Assembly: GCA_040954595.2 (NCBI GenBank)
Contig: CM082588.2
Coordinates: 6,150,202 to 6,214,201 of the forward strand
Source of the DNA: Balanoglossus misakiensis
Lineage: Eukaryota; Animalia; Hemichordata
Reading direction: 5' to 3'
Length of the DNA: 64,000 bases
Shown here: in pieces, positions 63,881 through 64,000 of the stretch
Layout of the letters: every line of letters begins with the position of its first letter
Position numbering within the stretch: position 1 is the stretch's first letter
The notes under the pieces: generated by a model
The model's input: only the letters and a program-made list of their open reading frames with translations
Databases searched by the model: none
What the model was told of the DNA's origin: nothing
Translations under genes and position numbers: made by a program

Positions 63881-64000
63881 AGGGCAATTTAGAAAGCCAA
63901 TGCAAACCTGGAGAACTGCGACCAACTGAGACTGTCAAACACGATGAAACCTCATCACCAGTGAAACACTGATACTGATGTTGCCCTGATAAACGAGGAC

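Noticed and set aside
1-64000. tRNA, rRNA, autonomous transposase/RT ORFs, U12-type or GC-AG introns
   Set aside because: None recognisable by eye and all assembled introns are GT-AG. tRNAscan-SE, Infernal and RepeatMasker would be needed to exclude them formally.

Overview
AT-rich, intron-containing eukaryotic DNA from an animal, most likely an invertebrate deuterostome (inference from gene structure and repeat content), so most ORFs in the supplied track are spurious. I assembled four spliced genes by hand. (1) The 5' coding exon of a TauD/TfdA-family (DdaC/SyrP-like) Fe(II)/2-oxoglutarate dioxygenase, minus strand, running off the left edge. (2) A divergently oriented 7-exon gene for an uncharacterised 179-aa protein. 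(3) A complete 9-exon SETD4 lysine methyltransferase (430 aa). (4) The 3' half of a dystrophin gene on the minus strand: 32 exons, 1690 aa, equivalent to human DMD exons 43-79, many with human-identical lengths, ending in the ancestral 'exon-78-skipped' C-terminus. Between SETD4 and dystrophin lies a composite satellite and foldback block. The most interesting signal is in the >16 kb intron upstream of the exon-43 homologue. It holds several short ATG-to-donor cassettes, all phase 0 and in frame with exon 43, two preceded by CpG-rich leaders. This suggests an array of alternative promoters making ~1,700-aa dystrophin isoforms with different N-termini. Other candidates are a cassette exon beside an RBFOX motif cluster, a recursive-splice-site motif, Dp116-like first exons and a small piggyBac-type MITE family. 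All isoform claims are predictions that need transcript data. Human reference sequences and exon sizes are recalled from memory.
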